Shown piece by piece: positions 1-8,516 of a stretch of 44,719 bases of DNA. Made by a program: the position numbers and the translations under genes. The stretch lies in contig DASPWX010000001.1 of assembly GCA_035637615.1 (NCBI GenBank), positions 1 to 44,719 of the forward strand, read 5' to 3'. The notes under the pieces were generated by a model that saw only the letters and a list, made by a program, of their open reading frames with translations, searched no databases and had not been told where the DNA came from. This DNA is from Candidatus Bathyarchaeia archaeon. Its GTDB lineage: Bacteria > Chloroflexota > Limnocylindria > P2-11E. Numbering within the stretch: the stretch's first letter is position 1; the number at the start of each line of letters is the position of its first letter.

Positions 1-939
1 TGCTTTGTTAGGCTCGTCATTGGTCGTGAGCAATGCACGCAGACCTTTCGCTTTCGCGCGTGAGAGCGCCTCGACTTTGATGGCGGTGGCGAGACCGCGT
101 CCGCGATAGCTGCGCCCGACGCCCGTCATCCACGTATAGCCATCCTGCGACTGTCGCTTGCCGGTCATCGTGAATCCGGCGATCGTCTCGCCGTCGTACG
201 CGACGATGGACACGTCGGCGATCATCTGGCCGCTCTCGAATCCCATTTGACGGAAGCGGTCGTACGGCCAGTGCGGCGTTGGCGTTGCCCACGGGACGTC
301 TTCCCACATCGGCGTCTCGGCGTCGTACAGCGCTCGGATGAAGGTCTCGCGGCTGTCGCCCTCGCGACCGTCGAGGATCTCGTCGATCGTCTTGAGCGCG
401 ATGCCGGATCCGCGCACGTCATCGCCGCGCTGGCGAAACCGTGCAGGATCGAACGACGCCAGCTCCACGTACGACTCGATGCGCCGCCCGATCTCACGGA
501 AGCCACGCTTCGCGGCCCACGTCAAGGCGTCTGGGTGCGCCTCGCTCGCGCCGGCGAGGAAACGCGGCGCTTTGCGACGGATCGCTTCGTCGATGACCAC
601 AGCGAGCAATGAGCTTCCGATCCCTTTGCCGCGATCGGCCCGCGCGACCGACACGCCGCCGCTCTGGGCGCCGTCCGGATGCTGGAATGCGCCTCCGGCG
701 CCGATATCGGCGAACGCGGCGAGATGCCCCGAAGGGTCGTCGACCGCGATCCGAAGAAGCGACTTGTCCGGAGCCATCGCTTCCCAGGTCCGCCATTCTT
801 TCGCGCTGCCCTGCTCCATCGGGCCGTACCAGGTGTTGCGCTCGGCGACCCACGAGTCACGGTCGCGGTCCTCGAACGGCCGCGCGCGGTAACCCGCGGG
901 AAGGCTCGCTGTCAGGCGCTCGGTATCGACTGCGATCAC
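1..939 (-). CDS. two-domain GNAT family N-acetyltransferase (3' end runs off the left edge)
   Basis: My own minus-strand translation in the frame ending at base 1. It is absent from the ORF track because no stop lies in the window. It reads ...GVSVARADRGKGIGSSLLAVVIDEAIRRKAPRF... and ...MTGVGRSYRGRGLATAIKVEALSRAKAKGLRALLTTNDEPNKA, giving two R-x-x-G-x-G/A acetyl-CoA motifs. The first in-frame start is GTG at 939-937. Confidence 0.75.
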   Translation of the reverse strand, partial: MIAVDTERLTASLPAGYRARPFEDRDRDSWVAERNTWYGPMEQGSAKEWRTWEAMAPDKSLLRIAVDDPSGHLAAFADIGAGGAFQHPDGAQSGGVSVARADRGKGIGSSLLAVVIDEAIRRKAPRFLAGASEAHPDALTWAAKRGFREIGRRIESYVELASFDPARFRQRGDDVRGSGIALKTIDEILDGREGDSRETFIRALYDAETPMWEDVPWATPTPHWPYDRFRQMGFESGQMIADVSIVAYDGETIAGFTMTGKRQSQDGYTWMTGVGRSYRGRGLATAIKVEALSRAKAKGLRALLTTNDEPNKA

Positions 940-1099
940 CGGCGGGACGATAGGCCGACCGGGTTCGGCGTCAAATCGTGCGGCCGATACATGTCCGTGA
1001 CTCGGGCGACACCGATCGGACGAAAAGGGCGGGGGTATGGCACCGCATTTGCCGCACTTGGTCAGCCCACGCGCCGTGGGACCAATGGAGGTATTTCGC

Positions 1100-1282
1100 A
1101 TGGACGACAAGATCGAAGGCAAGTGGGACCAAGGCAAGGGCAAGGTCAAGGAAGAAGCCGGCAAGCTCGGCGGCGATAAGTCGACCGAGATCGGCGGCAA
1201 GGTCGACCAGGGCAAGGGCAAGCTCAAGGAGGGCCTCGGCAACCTCAAGGAAGGTCTTCAGGACGAGCGGGTCGACCGCTAG
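1100..1282 (+). CDS. csbD: CsbD-family general stress protein
   Basis: MDDKIEGKWDQGKGKVKEEAGKLGGDKSTEIGGKVDQGKGKLKEGLGNLKEGL shows typical CsbD Lys/Gly repeats. ATG at 1100 is preceded by GGAGG (1088-1092). The track start at 1037 adds a non-CsbD-like extension. Confidence 0.8.
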   Translation: MDDKIEGKWDQGKGKVKEEAGKLGGDKSTEIGGKVDQGKGKLKEGLGNLKEGLQDERVDR

Positions 1283-1303
1283 TTAGACGCACGCGGTGAC
1301 GTG

Positions 1304-1340
1304 AGGCCCGGGCGCACAATGAGATCGTGCGTCCGGGCCT
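1304..1340 (+). terminator. GC-rich hairpin after csbD (candidate intrinsic terminator)
   Basis: AGGCCCGGGCGCAC (1304-1317) pairs with GTGCGTCCGGGCCT (1327-1340) at 13 of 14 positions, with a 9-nt loop. It is followed by TTGCTTCTTCG. The 3' arm contains the GTG start of the next ORF. Confidence 0.5.
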
Positions 1341-1659
1341 TTGCTTCTTCGTCGCATTCGCGCTTTTTTTGAGCGCCTGCGGCGCACCGGCTTCCACCTT
1401 GTCGGGGACCGCGGCTCGCGACCTCCCGCCGTTGACGGTGGTGGCCAGCTCGAACGATCAGGTAACCGTCGACGTTCTCGAGCTCATCTGCATGAGCTGC
1501 GCCGAGCACATCCTCGCGGGCTGCCGGCAGATCGACGGTGTGGCATCGGTCGCCGTCGATCGCCGCGCGCGGCTCATCACGCTGTATTTCGATTCGTCCC
1601 TGACCACTCGCGAGCGGGTCGTGGCCGCCGTCGACGACGTGGTCGCGACGATCCCCTGA
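1327..1659 (+). CDS. lipoprotein with heavy-metal-associated (HMA)-like domain
   Basis: Signal peptide with lipobox FLSAC, then VTVDVLELICMSCAEHILAGCRQIDGVASVAVD, which resembles the HMA fold and its M-x-C-x-x-C metal motif (here CMSC). Confidence 0.6.
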   Translation: MRPGLCFFVAFALFLSACGAPASTLSGTAARDLPPLTVVASSNDQVTVDVLELICMSCAEHILAGCRQIDGVASVAVDRRARLITLYFDSSLTTRERVVAAVDDVVATIP

Positions 1660-1709
1660 GCCTCGGCCGAGTCCTCCTCGCGCACCACGCCGATCCACTG
1701 GGTCACGTG

Positions 1710-2015
1710 ATGGGGCTGCTCTCGTTCGCTCTCCCGCGACGTCGCGATGGGTGCTTCCTGTACATCAGCGATCGCGGTCTGGCGAATCTCGTTCTGACCC
1801 GGCGCGGCTTCGGCGCGATCACATTCGGGCACGTGATCGTCGCGAGCGCGGAACCGACGCCGGCGGTCTGGCGCCACGAGCTTCGGCATGTCGCGCAATA
1901 CGAACGACTCGGTCTCTCGTTCCTACCGCTGTACCTCTGGTACCGCGCGCGTTATGGATACGCCGAGCATCCACTGGAGCGAGACGCGTCGGAAGACCCT
2001 AGGCTCTTTTCTTAG
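1710..2015 (+). CDS. small HExxH (zincin-like) protein, function unknown
   Basis: C-terminal part of track ORF 1341..2015: MGLLSF...GAITFGHVIVASAEPTPAVWRHELRHVAQYERLG. It carries an HELRH motif in a DUF4157-like context. Start is ATG 1710 or GTG 1707. The stop overlaps the lpdA start (TAGTG). Confidence 0.5.
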   Translation: MGLLSFALPRRRDGCFLYISDRGLANLVLTRRGFGAITFGHVIVASAEPTPAVWRHELRHVAQYERLGLSFLPLYLWYRARYGYAEHPLERDASEDPRLFS

Positions 2016-3400
2016 TGGCCTCGTACGACATCGCGATCCTCGGCGGCGGCCCCGGCGGTTACGTCGCGGCTCTCCACGCCGCCGTCAAAGGTGCGAAGGT
2101 CGCGCTGGTCGAGCGGGATCGCGTGGGCGGGATCTGCGTGACGGTCGGCTGCATCCCGTCAAAGGCCCTCCTCGACTCGAGCCATGCCTACTGGATAACC
2201 ACGCACGGCGAGGACCACGGCATACACGTCGAAGGCGCGCGCTTCGAGCTTCCGAGGGCCGTAGCGCGCAAGGACCGCGTCGTCGCTCAGCTCGTCTCTG
2301 GCGTCGAAGCGCTCCTCAAAGGACGGAAGGCCGATCTCATCAAAGGTGAGGGCACCGTCGTTTCCCCGACACAGCTTCGCGTCGGAAACCAGACCATCGA
2401 CGCCAAAGCGCTGATCGTGGCGACCGGGTCGAAGGTCGGTATTCCACCCATCAAGGGACTCGCTGAGGCGAAGCCGCTCGACAACGTGAGCGCGCTCGCC
2501 CTGACCGAGATACCCAAGCGGCTCATCGTCATCGGCGGCGGCGCGGTCGGGCTCGAGCTCGGCACGTTCTTCGCCGAGGTCGGAAGCGACGTCACCGTAC
2601 TCGAGATGCTTCCGCAGCCGATCGCCTACGCGGACGCCGAGCTCGTCCGCGTCCTGGTGCGGGCGCTCGAGCAGCGTGGCGTGAAGGTGCGCACGAACGC
2701 GAAGGTGACCGAGGTGAAACGGAACGGGCCCGTCGTGTCGATCAGCGCAGAGATCGACGGAAGGCAAGAATCATTCGAGGGCGAGCACGTGCTCCTCGGG
2801 GCCGGCCGGGTCGCGAACCTTTCGGGCGTCGAGCAGGCCGGGTTTGCGACGAACCGCCTCGGGATCACGGTCGACGACCGGATGCGCACGAACATTCCCG
2901 GGATCTGGGCGATCGGCGACTGCATCGGTGATCCCCGCGCGCCGAAGCTAGCGCACGTCGCGTCGGCGCAGGGCGAGGTCGCCGTCGACACGATCCTCGG
3001 CGAGGACGCCGTCATGAGCTATGACGCCACGCCGAACGTCGTGTACACGCATCCCGAGATCGCGCAGGTCGGCATGACTGAAGCGCAGGCCAAGGAGAAG
3101 TACGGTGCCGACGTGAAGGTCGCGCGCTACAACCTCCGCGCGTCGGGCCGCGCCCTCGCGCTGGGCGAGATCGACGGCCTTACCAAGATCGTCACGGCGG
3201 GGAAGGATCAGCGGATCGTCGGGGTACACATCGTCGGACCTCAGGCGAGCGAGCTGATCGCCGAGGCGACGCTCGCGATGCGCCTCGAGGCGACGGTCGA
3301 GGACGTGATCGCGACGATCCACGCGCACCCCACGCTCGCCGAGAGCTTCCGCGAGGCGGCGCTCTCAGCGGCCGGCCGGCCGATCCACTCCGCGCGCTAG
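2015..3400 (+). CDS. lpdA: dihydrolipoyl dehydrogenase (E3)
   Basis: YDIAILGGGPGGYVAA (FAD motif), redox-active GGICVTVGCIPSK, a second dinucleotide fold VIGGGAVGLE, and a C-terminal HAHPTLAE interface motif. 461 aa. Confidence 0.93.
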   Translation: MASYDIAILGGGPGGYVAALHAAVKGAKVALVERDRVGGICVTVGCIPSKALLDSSHAYWITTHGEDHGIHVEGARFELPRAVARKDRVVAQLVSGVEALLKGRKADLIKGEGTVVSPTQLRVGNQTIDAKALIVATGSKVGIPPIKGLAEAKPLDNVSALALTEIPKRLIVIGGGAVGLELGTFFAEVGSDVTVLEMLPQPIAYADAELVRVLVRALEQRGVKVRTNAKVTEVKRNGPVVSISAEIDGRQESFEGEHVLLGAGRVANLSGVEQAGFATNRLGITVDDRMRTNIPGIWAIGDCIGDPRAPKLAHVASAQGEVAVDTILGEDAVMSYDATPNVVYTHPEIAQVGMTEAQAKEKYGADVKVARYNLRASGRALALGEIDGLTKIVTAGKDQRIVGVHIVGPQASELIAEATLAMRLEATVEDVIATIHAHPTLAESFREAALSAAGRPIHSAR

Positions 3401-4008
3401 CCCCCTCGAAACCTCACGTCCACGGGGCCATCCTTCTCCGCCTTGCGGATCTCCATCTGCGGTGCGCCGCGCTCGCGGAGGGAGGCGTAGCGCCACTCGG
3501 TGTCGGCGATGTCGATGGCCCCGATGACGACCGAGGCGATGCCCATCGCGCCATTCGCGTGATCGGCCGCGGCGCCGCTGGGTACGCGGAACTCGCGCGG
3601 GGTGAGGTCCTCGATGATGAATGGCAGTGGCGGCTTCAGAACGGCCGTCCGCCATTTGAGCTCGACGCCTTCCGGCGTGATGCGGCCGCTCTCTTTCGGC
3701 GGACTCTTCACGAGGTCAGCGAGCGCCGCAGTGTCCGCGGCGATGTCGTCGGAGAGGAGCGCGAAATCCGCGATGCCGCCGCCATTGGCCGCGACGTTCC
3801 ACCAGCGATGGGTTGCCGATCGGCTGAGATCGCGGAACCCGACGAGCTCGAGATAGCTGCCGTCGGCGAAGGGGATGAGCGCGTTGTGCGTGATGCGGTC
3901 GGAATGCTCGCCGCCCGGCGTCACGGTGAACCCGCGGCGGCGGTAGTCGTCGACGGCGAATTGGAGATCGCGGAAGACGAAGACGACGTGGTCAAGGCGG
4001 CGGAGCAT
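3397..4008 (-). CDS. VOC family (glyoxalase-like) protein
   Basis: MLRRLDHVVFVFRDLQFAVDDYRRRGFTVTPGGEH...HNALIPFADGSYLELVGF is a Glyoxalase_3-like N-terminus. It shares a CTAG stop overlap with lpdA. Confidence 0.7.
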   Translation of the reverse strand: MLRRLDHVVFVFRDLQFAVDDYRRRGFTVTPGGEHSDRITHNALIPFADGSYLELVGFRDLSRSATHRWWNVAANGGGIADFALLSDDIAADTAALADLVKSPPKESGRITPEGVELKWRTAVLKPPLPFIIEDLTPREFRVPSGAAADHANGAMGIASVVIGAIDIADTEWRYASLRERGAPQMEIRKAEKDGPVDVRFRGG

Positions 4009-4042
4009 GAGCGAATAGATAACACGAGATGAGCGTTTGCTG

Positions 4043-4117
4043 CGGGCCGTGCGAGGCTCGAACTCGCAAGCCTCCCGCTTAGAAGGCGGGTGCTCTATCC
4101 AATTGAGCTAACGGCCC
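4043..4117 (-). tRNA. tRNA-Arg (anticodon TCT)
   Basis: Minus strand: GGGCCGT TA GCTC AATTGGATA GAGC A CCCGC CTTCTAA GCGGG AGGCTT GCGAG TTCGAGC CTCGC ACGGCCC G. This gives a full cloverleaf with a 7-bp acceptor stem and TTCGAGC T-loop. CCA is not encoded. Confidence 0.9.
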
Positions 4118-4606
4118 ATCGCAATTATGAATGCGATCGGTCTCGAAAACGGACGGCATGTGCAACGTCATATGTTTCCGTTCCCAGATACCGCGCTCCC
4201 TTGCCGTCTTTGTCGCATGGCAGTTGGCACAGAGGACCTGACACTTTGCGATCTCTATGAGGATGGTTGCCCACGCGAAACCGGTCTTGCACATGTAGGC
4301 CACATCGTTGCGTTTGTCCCGGAGATGATCGAAGTGGAGGACCACGGGGTCTCGCTCGCCGCATTCGACGCACGGATGCACCGCGAGGTACTGCCACATC
4401 AGAATCTGGTTCTCGTCCCCTGTTTGGTCTCGAGCCGCGCGGACGTGCGCGATGTGCCTCGCGCGATTGCGCTCGTACCAAGCGCTCTTGTACTCAGCCA
4501 TACAGTCTTTGCACCACGAGTGACGGATGCCGCGCTCTACATAGCGGAAGCCGAACTCTTCGAGGGGCTTCTCAATGGCGCATTTGCCGCAGATCTTCAT
4601 TTCCAT
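4079..4606 (-). CDS. HNH endonuclease (zinc-finger type)
   Basis: CGKC...CKDC N-terminal Cys pairs, then CVECG...HFDHLRDKRND...LCANCHATKT (H-N-H with CxxC/CxxCH). The ORF has no stop until the TAA inside the tRNA anticodon loop, so the true 3' end is uncertain. Confidence 0.75.
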   Translation of the reverse strand: MEMKICGKCAIEKPLEEFGFRYVERGIRHSWCKDCMAEYKSAWYERNRARHIAHVRAARDQTGDENQILMWQYLAVHPCVECGERDPVVLHFDHLRDKRNDVAYMCKTGFAWATILIEIAKCQVLCANCHATKTARERGIWERKHMTLHMPSVFETDRIHNCDGPLAQLDRAPAF

Positions 4607-4926
4607 CGTCTAGAACATGCATTCTATCGCATCAGACGCGAATTAGGAAGGGCCTTTGGGGCCACAGATGTGTCCGCACGAAACTTCGTCGCTCGGTACT
4701 TCAGTCACCTGATCCCGCCTCCTTAATCGTCTGACCCCACCTTCTTATCTCCGCGCGGTAACGCCTCCCCAATGCGCGCGCGTTGAGTTGATGGAGATTC
4801 GGTTCGACTAGCCGCTCATCGAGTTGAGGGGAGGGAAGCGGCCAGCGTCGGGGCATTTCGTCGACTGAGCGTGCGACCCGTCCGGGCCTTCGATGGGGAA
4901 GGGACCTAAGGGGCCGGAGGTTGCAC

Positions 4927-6840
4927 ATGCGCGATCCGGCACGGTTCGGCGTACTTGCACTCATTGTCACGATCATCGCCCTCGCGGTCAGCGCCACACC
5001 TGGCGACGCAACTACGTTCGCGGCAAGAACACTCGACGGGCGGAACAACAACCTGGCCCACCCCTCGTGGGGACGGGCGGGAACTCTGTACCTTCGCGTC
5101 GCGCCGGCGAACTACGCCGATGGCATCTCGAGCATGGCGACCGGTCCGTCGATGCGATATGTGAGCAACCGCGTCTTCAACGATGCGGGTCAGAACATCT
5201 TCTCGAAAGACGGCATCACCCAATGGGGCTGGGTGTGGGGACAGTTCCTCGATCACGATTTCGGTCTTCGCGACGAACGATCAGCCGAGAATGCTCCGAT
5301 CGGCTTTGACCAGGCGGACCCGCTCGAAGCATTCACGAACGACTTTGGAGTGATCGGCTTCGCGCGCACGCCTGCCGCTCCGGGAACGGGCGTCGCCACA
5401 CCCCGGGAGCAGGTCAACACTCTGAGCAGCTACATCGATGCATCGAACGTTTACGGTGTCGACCCCAACCGCCTCGAGTGGCTTCGCCTTGGACCGGTCG
5501 ACGGTGACATGTCGAACAACGGCGCGCGCCTCATGCTGACGGCTAACGACTTTCTTCCCCGCGTTGGTGCCCGCGGCGATCCGTCGACCGCGCCGGCGAT
5601 GGATCTCATGGGCCCGCTCGTCGGGACACCGAACAGCGCGGTCGTCGCGGGAGACGTTCGCGCGAACGAGAACATCGCCCTCACGGCGCTACACACGCTC
5701 TTCGCGCGCGAGCACAACCGCATCGTCGCCTCCCTGCCCTCATCTCTATCCGCAGAGGATCGTTTCCAGATCGCGCGCCGCGTCGTCGGCGCGGAGATCC
5801 AATACATCACCTACACGCAGTTCCTCCCCGCGCTCGGAGTCCGGCTCGAGCCCTATCGGGGTTATGACCCCACGGTGAATCCCGGACTCTCGAATGAGTT
5901 CGCGGTCGTGGGTTACCGCGCGCACAGCATGATCCACGGCGAATTCGACACGACCGTTAGCGCTACCAGGTACACCGATGCGCAGCTGGCGGCCTTCGCT
6001 GCTCGCGGGATCGTCGTGACGGCGGACGGCGATCAGGTCACGCTCGAGATCCCACTCGCCGCCGCGTTCGGCACGCCTGATCTCCTTGAGGATCTCGGCC
6101 TTCCGCCGGTCTTCCTAAGCCTTTCCCAGCGGCAGTACGAGAACGACGAGCAGATCGACAACGCGCTACGCAGCGTGCTCTTCCAGATCCCCAAGCCGGG
6201 TATCGCCGATCCAACCGTCTGCGGCGTGCCTGTCGTTAATCCCGACTGTTTCAGCGGCGTGAGCGACCTCGGCGCCATCGACATCGCTCGCGGCCGCGAT
6301 CACGGGATGCCGACGTACAACGATCTTCGGCGGGCCTATGGGCTTGCGCCAAAGACATCCTTCGTCGATGTCACCGGAGAGGCCACGCAGAGGTTCCCCG
6401 TCGATCCGCTGATCAACCCACGCGACCCGATCAACGATCCGAACATCCTCGATTTCGTCGAGCTACGAGACGCGGACGGGAACGTCGTCGCTCCAGGCAC
6501 CGATGCAGCTGAGGAGGAAGTGGTCGTCGGCGTACGGCGCACCACCGTAGCTGCGCGGCTCAAGGCGGTCTACGGGACCGTCGACCGACTCGACGCATTT
6601 GTTGGAATGGTGTCCGAGCGGCATGTGAAACACACGGAGTTTGGCGAGCTTCAACTCGCGATCTGGGCGAAGCAATTCGCCGCCCTGCGCGACGGCGACC
6701 GTTTCTTCTACCGGAACGACCCAGTTCTTCGTTCCATCGATCATGAGTTCGGCATTGACTACCGCCTCACGCTCGCGGAGATCGTGAAGCTCAACACCGG
6801 CGTCACCCTTCAGCGCGACGTCTTCAAGTTCGCGGGCTAG
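4927..6840 (+). CDS. secreted haem peroxidase, peroxidase-cyclooxygenase (animal haem peroxidase) superfamily
   Basis: Signal peptide MRDPARFGVLALIVTIIALAVSATPGDA. Distal-His motif WGQFLDHDF, ARGRDHGMPTYNDLR motif, and proximal region VVGYRAHSMIHGEF. ATG 4927 lies 6 nt after GGAGG (4916-4920). The track start is TTG 4921. Confidence 0.85.
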   Translation: MRDPARFGVLALIVTIIALAVSATPGDATTFAARTLDGRNNNLAHPSWGRAGTLYLRVAPANYADGISSMATGPSMRYVSNRVFNDAGQNIFSKDGITQWGWVWGQFLDHDFGLRDERSAENAPIGFDQADPLEAFTNDFGVIGFARTPAAPGTGVATPREQVNTLSSYIDASNVYGVDPNRLEWLRLGPVDGDMSNNGARLMLTANDFLPRVGARGDPSTAPAMDLMGPLVGTPNSAVVAGDVRANENIALTALHTLFAREHNRIVASLPSSLSAEDRFQIARRVVGAEIQYITYTQFLPALGVRLEPYRGYDPTVNPGLSNEFAVVGYRAHSMIHGEFDTTVSATRYTDAQLAAFAARGIVVTADGDQVTLEIPLAAAFGTPDLLEDLGLPPVFLSLSQRQYENDEQIDNALRSVLFQIPKPGIADPTVCGVPVVNPDCFSGVSDLGAIDIARGRDHGMPTYNDLRRAYGLAPKTSFVDVTGEATQRFPVDPLINPRDPINDPNILDFVELRDADGNVVAPGTDAAEEEVVVGVRRTTVAARLKAVYGTVDRLDAFVGMVSERHVKHTEFGELQLAIWAKQFAALRDGDRFFYRNDPVLRSIDHEFGIDYRLTLAEIVKLNTGVTLQRDVFKFAG

Positions 6841-6852
6841 ACCGAGCCTCTC

Positions 6853-6883
6853 GGGAGAGGGCGCGACGACAGCGCCCTCTCCC
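6853..6883. terminator. perfect 12-bp GC-rich hairpin between convergent genes
   Basis: GGGAGAGGGCGC (6853-6864), 7-nt loop GACGACA, GCGCCCTCTCCC (6872-6883). It lies between the peroxidase stop (6840) and the stop of the minus-strand gene (6892). Confidence 0.6.
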
Positions 6884-6891
6884 CGGGCGAC

Positions 6892-8160
6892 CTACTCGAG
6901 TCGCACGCGCGTCGCCGGCACGTCGAGGATCACGAGCTGCGTTCCCGTGACCGAAGAATTGACCTCGAATATGAGCGGCACGACGACCGGGCGCCCGACG
7001 GGGAAATCCGTCGGCCATATGTACGAGGAGTCCGGATTCAGCGCGCTCGAGTACACGCTACTCGTCGCTGGCTGCGCCGCGTATTCCTCGCCGCTCCCCG
7101 CCGCGAGTGAGAAGTTACTCGGTTGAAGCTGAGCGCCGGCTGAGCCTCGGTTTGTCGCGGCGACCTGGATGACCAGATACGTGCCGCGAGCTTTGGATGT
7201 GCCGATCGTCGCGACGCGACGGACGCTCCCGACGTTGTACGTCCAGCTGGGCGCATTGAGCGACGTCCCGATGCCCACGGTAGCCGAGGTCGGGCTGCCG
7301 CCGGTCACGAGCGAACGTATGGAGGGCACACTGAAGGCCGCGATGAGAACGATGAGCGCGCCGATGATGAAGTAGCGGAGCTGCCACGCGGCGCCGCCCC
7401 ACTCGCGTGCATCGGCGTCCAATGCCGCGGCTGCGTAGGTCGGACGCTCGGAGCCGATGCGATCGCGAAGCGTCAAGGCCGGATCTTCCGGCGGTCGTGC
7501 CGATTGCGGAGTTGCGGCAGTCCGGTCCGGGGACACCTGCGCCGCGGGCTGGCTCGCCGACGCGACGGGTGGCCCCCCGGGCCGAAACGGCTTGATCTCG
7601 GGGTGGTATGCCGTCGATCGCGTCCGGAGGGCGATATCCGGGCGGATGACGCCGACGAAGGCGCTTCCGCCCACGCCGGTCAGCTCCCACTGCCGCTGAC
7701 TGGACCCCGTCCGTGTCGCGAGCGCATCGCCATCGGCTTCGACACCGCGGGGTCCGATGACCACGACCGCGTACGGACCGAGCTCCGGCATGGCGTCGTG
7801 CTCGGCGGCCTCGCCGAACGACACGAATCGCAAGTAGACGCCCTCCGGCGCGCCGACGCGAAGATCCGGACGGGTCGCGCCGCCCGGCTCCTGGCCTGTC
7901 GCGCGCCGCAGCTCACGCTCGGCTTCGACCCACCGACCACCGACGCCGAACGGGTCGTTTTCGCCGTCCTTGCGGTCGGCAACGAGCATCCGGTCTCGGA
8001 CCACGACGTGCTCGAGCGGACCGACCGGAGGCAGCTCGCGGTCGAACGCCTCGCCTTCGGAGAAGAAAGTCAGATAGAGGCCGGGTTGCACGGCGAGAAA
8101 TCTAGGGCGAGTCCGAGTATCTAATCCATGACCGCCTCGGCTTCGATCTCGACTTTCCAC
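6892..8160 (-). CDS. single-pass membrane protein with duplicated cytoplasmic module and C-terminal DUF4352-like extracellular domain
   Basis: TM segment WQLRYFIIGALIVLIAAFSV. The C-terminus GTYLVIQVAATNRGSAGAQLQPSNFSL...PLIFEV looks DUF4352-like. The N-terminus carries two related modules (GLYLTFFSEGEA.../GVYLRFVSFGEA...). The start is uncertain because it overlaps the RidA 3' end by 40 nt. Confidence 0.65.
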   Translation of the reverse strand: MESRDRSRGGHGLDTRTRPRFLAVQPGLYLTFFSEGEAFDRELPPVGPLEHVVVRDRMLVADRKDGENDPFGVGGRWVEAERELRRATGQEPGGATRPDLRVGAPEGVYLRFVSFGEAAEHDAMPELGPYAVVVIGPRGVEADGDALATRTGSSQRQWELTGVGGSAFVGVIRPDIALRTRSTAYHPEIKPFRPGGPPVASASQPAAQVSPDRTAATPQSARPPEDPALTLRDRIGSERPTYAAAALDADAREWGGAAWQLRYFIIGALIVLIAAFSVPSIRSLVTGGSPTSATVGIGTSLNAPSWTYNVGSVRRVATIGTSKARGTYLVIQVAATNRGSAGAQLQPSNFSLAAGSGEEYAAQPATSSVYSSALNPDSSYIWPTDFPVGRPVVVPLIFEVNSSVTGTQLVILDVPATRVRLE

Positions 8161-8510
8161 CGCCGGTCGAGCATTCCCACGATCACCACCATCGTGGCGG
8201 CCGGCCGAACCTCACCGAACACCGCGCCGTGGGCGCGGCTCACGGCCTCGGCGTAGCTCGGATCGGTGATGAACATGCGCGTGCGCACCACGTGCTTCGC
8301 CGCCGCTCCCGCTTCGGCGAGGGCCTCGAGGATGATCTCGAGGCATCGGCGGGCCTGGATCTCAGGGTCGGGGTCGCAGGAGCCGTCGGGCCAGATCGGC
8401 GCGGTCCCCGAGACGTAGATGTTGCGGCCGACGCGGATCGCGCGACTGAAACCGATCCTCGCCTCGTACGGGGATCCGGACGAGACGCGCTGGCGTTCGG
8501 TCACCGGCAT
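8121..8510 (-). CDS. RidA/YjgF/TdcF family protein
   Basis: 129 aa. Motifs RVGRNIYVSGTAP...RTRMFITD...RPAATMVVIVGMLDRRWKVEIEAEA match the typical RidA length and motif pattern. Confidence 0.8.
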   Translation of the reverse strand: MPVTERQRVSSGSPYEARIGFSRAIRVGRNIYVSGTAPIWPDGSCDPDPEIQARRCLEIILEALAEAGAAAKHVVRTRMFITDPSYAEAVSRAHGAVFGEVRPAATMVVIVGMLDRRWKVEIEAEAVMD

Positions 8511-8516
8511 GAGAAT

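Noticed and set aside
1033-1038. A GGGTAT hexamer upstream of csbD as a sigma-B/sigma-F-type -10 element.
   Set aside because: csbD is sigma-B-dependent in Bacillus and GGGTAT matches that -10 consensus. However, I could not find a GTTT-like -35 at the right spacing, and the KGG stress gene has no equivalent motif. The evidence is too weak to call a promoter.
2015-3400. lpdA as part of a 2-oxoacid dehydrogenase or glycine-cleavage operon.
   Set aside because: No E1, E2, or GcvH/P/T genes are adjacent. The neighbours are a small HExxH protein and a convergent VOC protein. A stand-alone lpdA is common, so this was not raised as a finding.
4043-4927. The tRNA-Arg + HNH patch as an integrated mobile element or genomic island.
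   Set aside because: No integrase, recombinase or transposase is present. I found no direct repeat of the tRNA 3' end elsewhere in the window. The AT-richer stretch lies on the 5' side of the tRNA rather than the usual 3' insertion side. It is kept only as an HNH/tRNA overlap observation.
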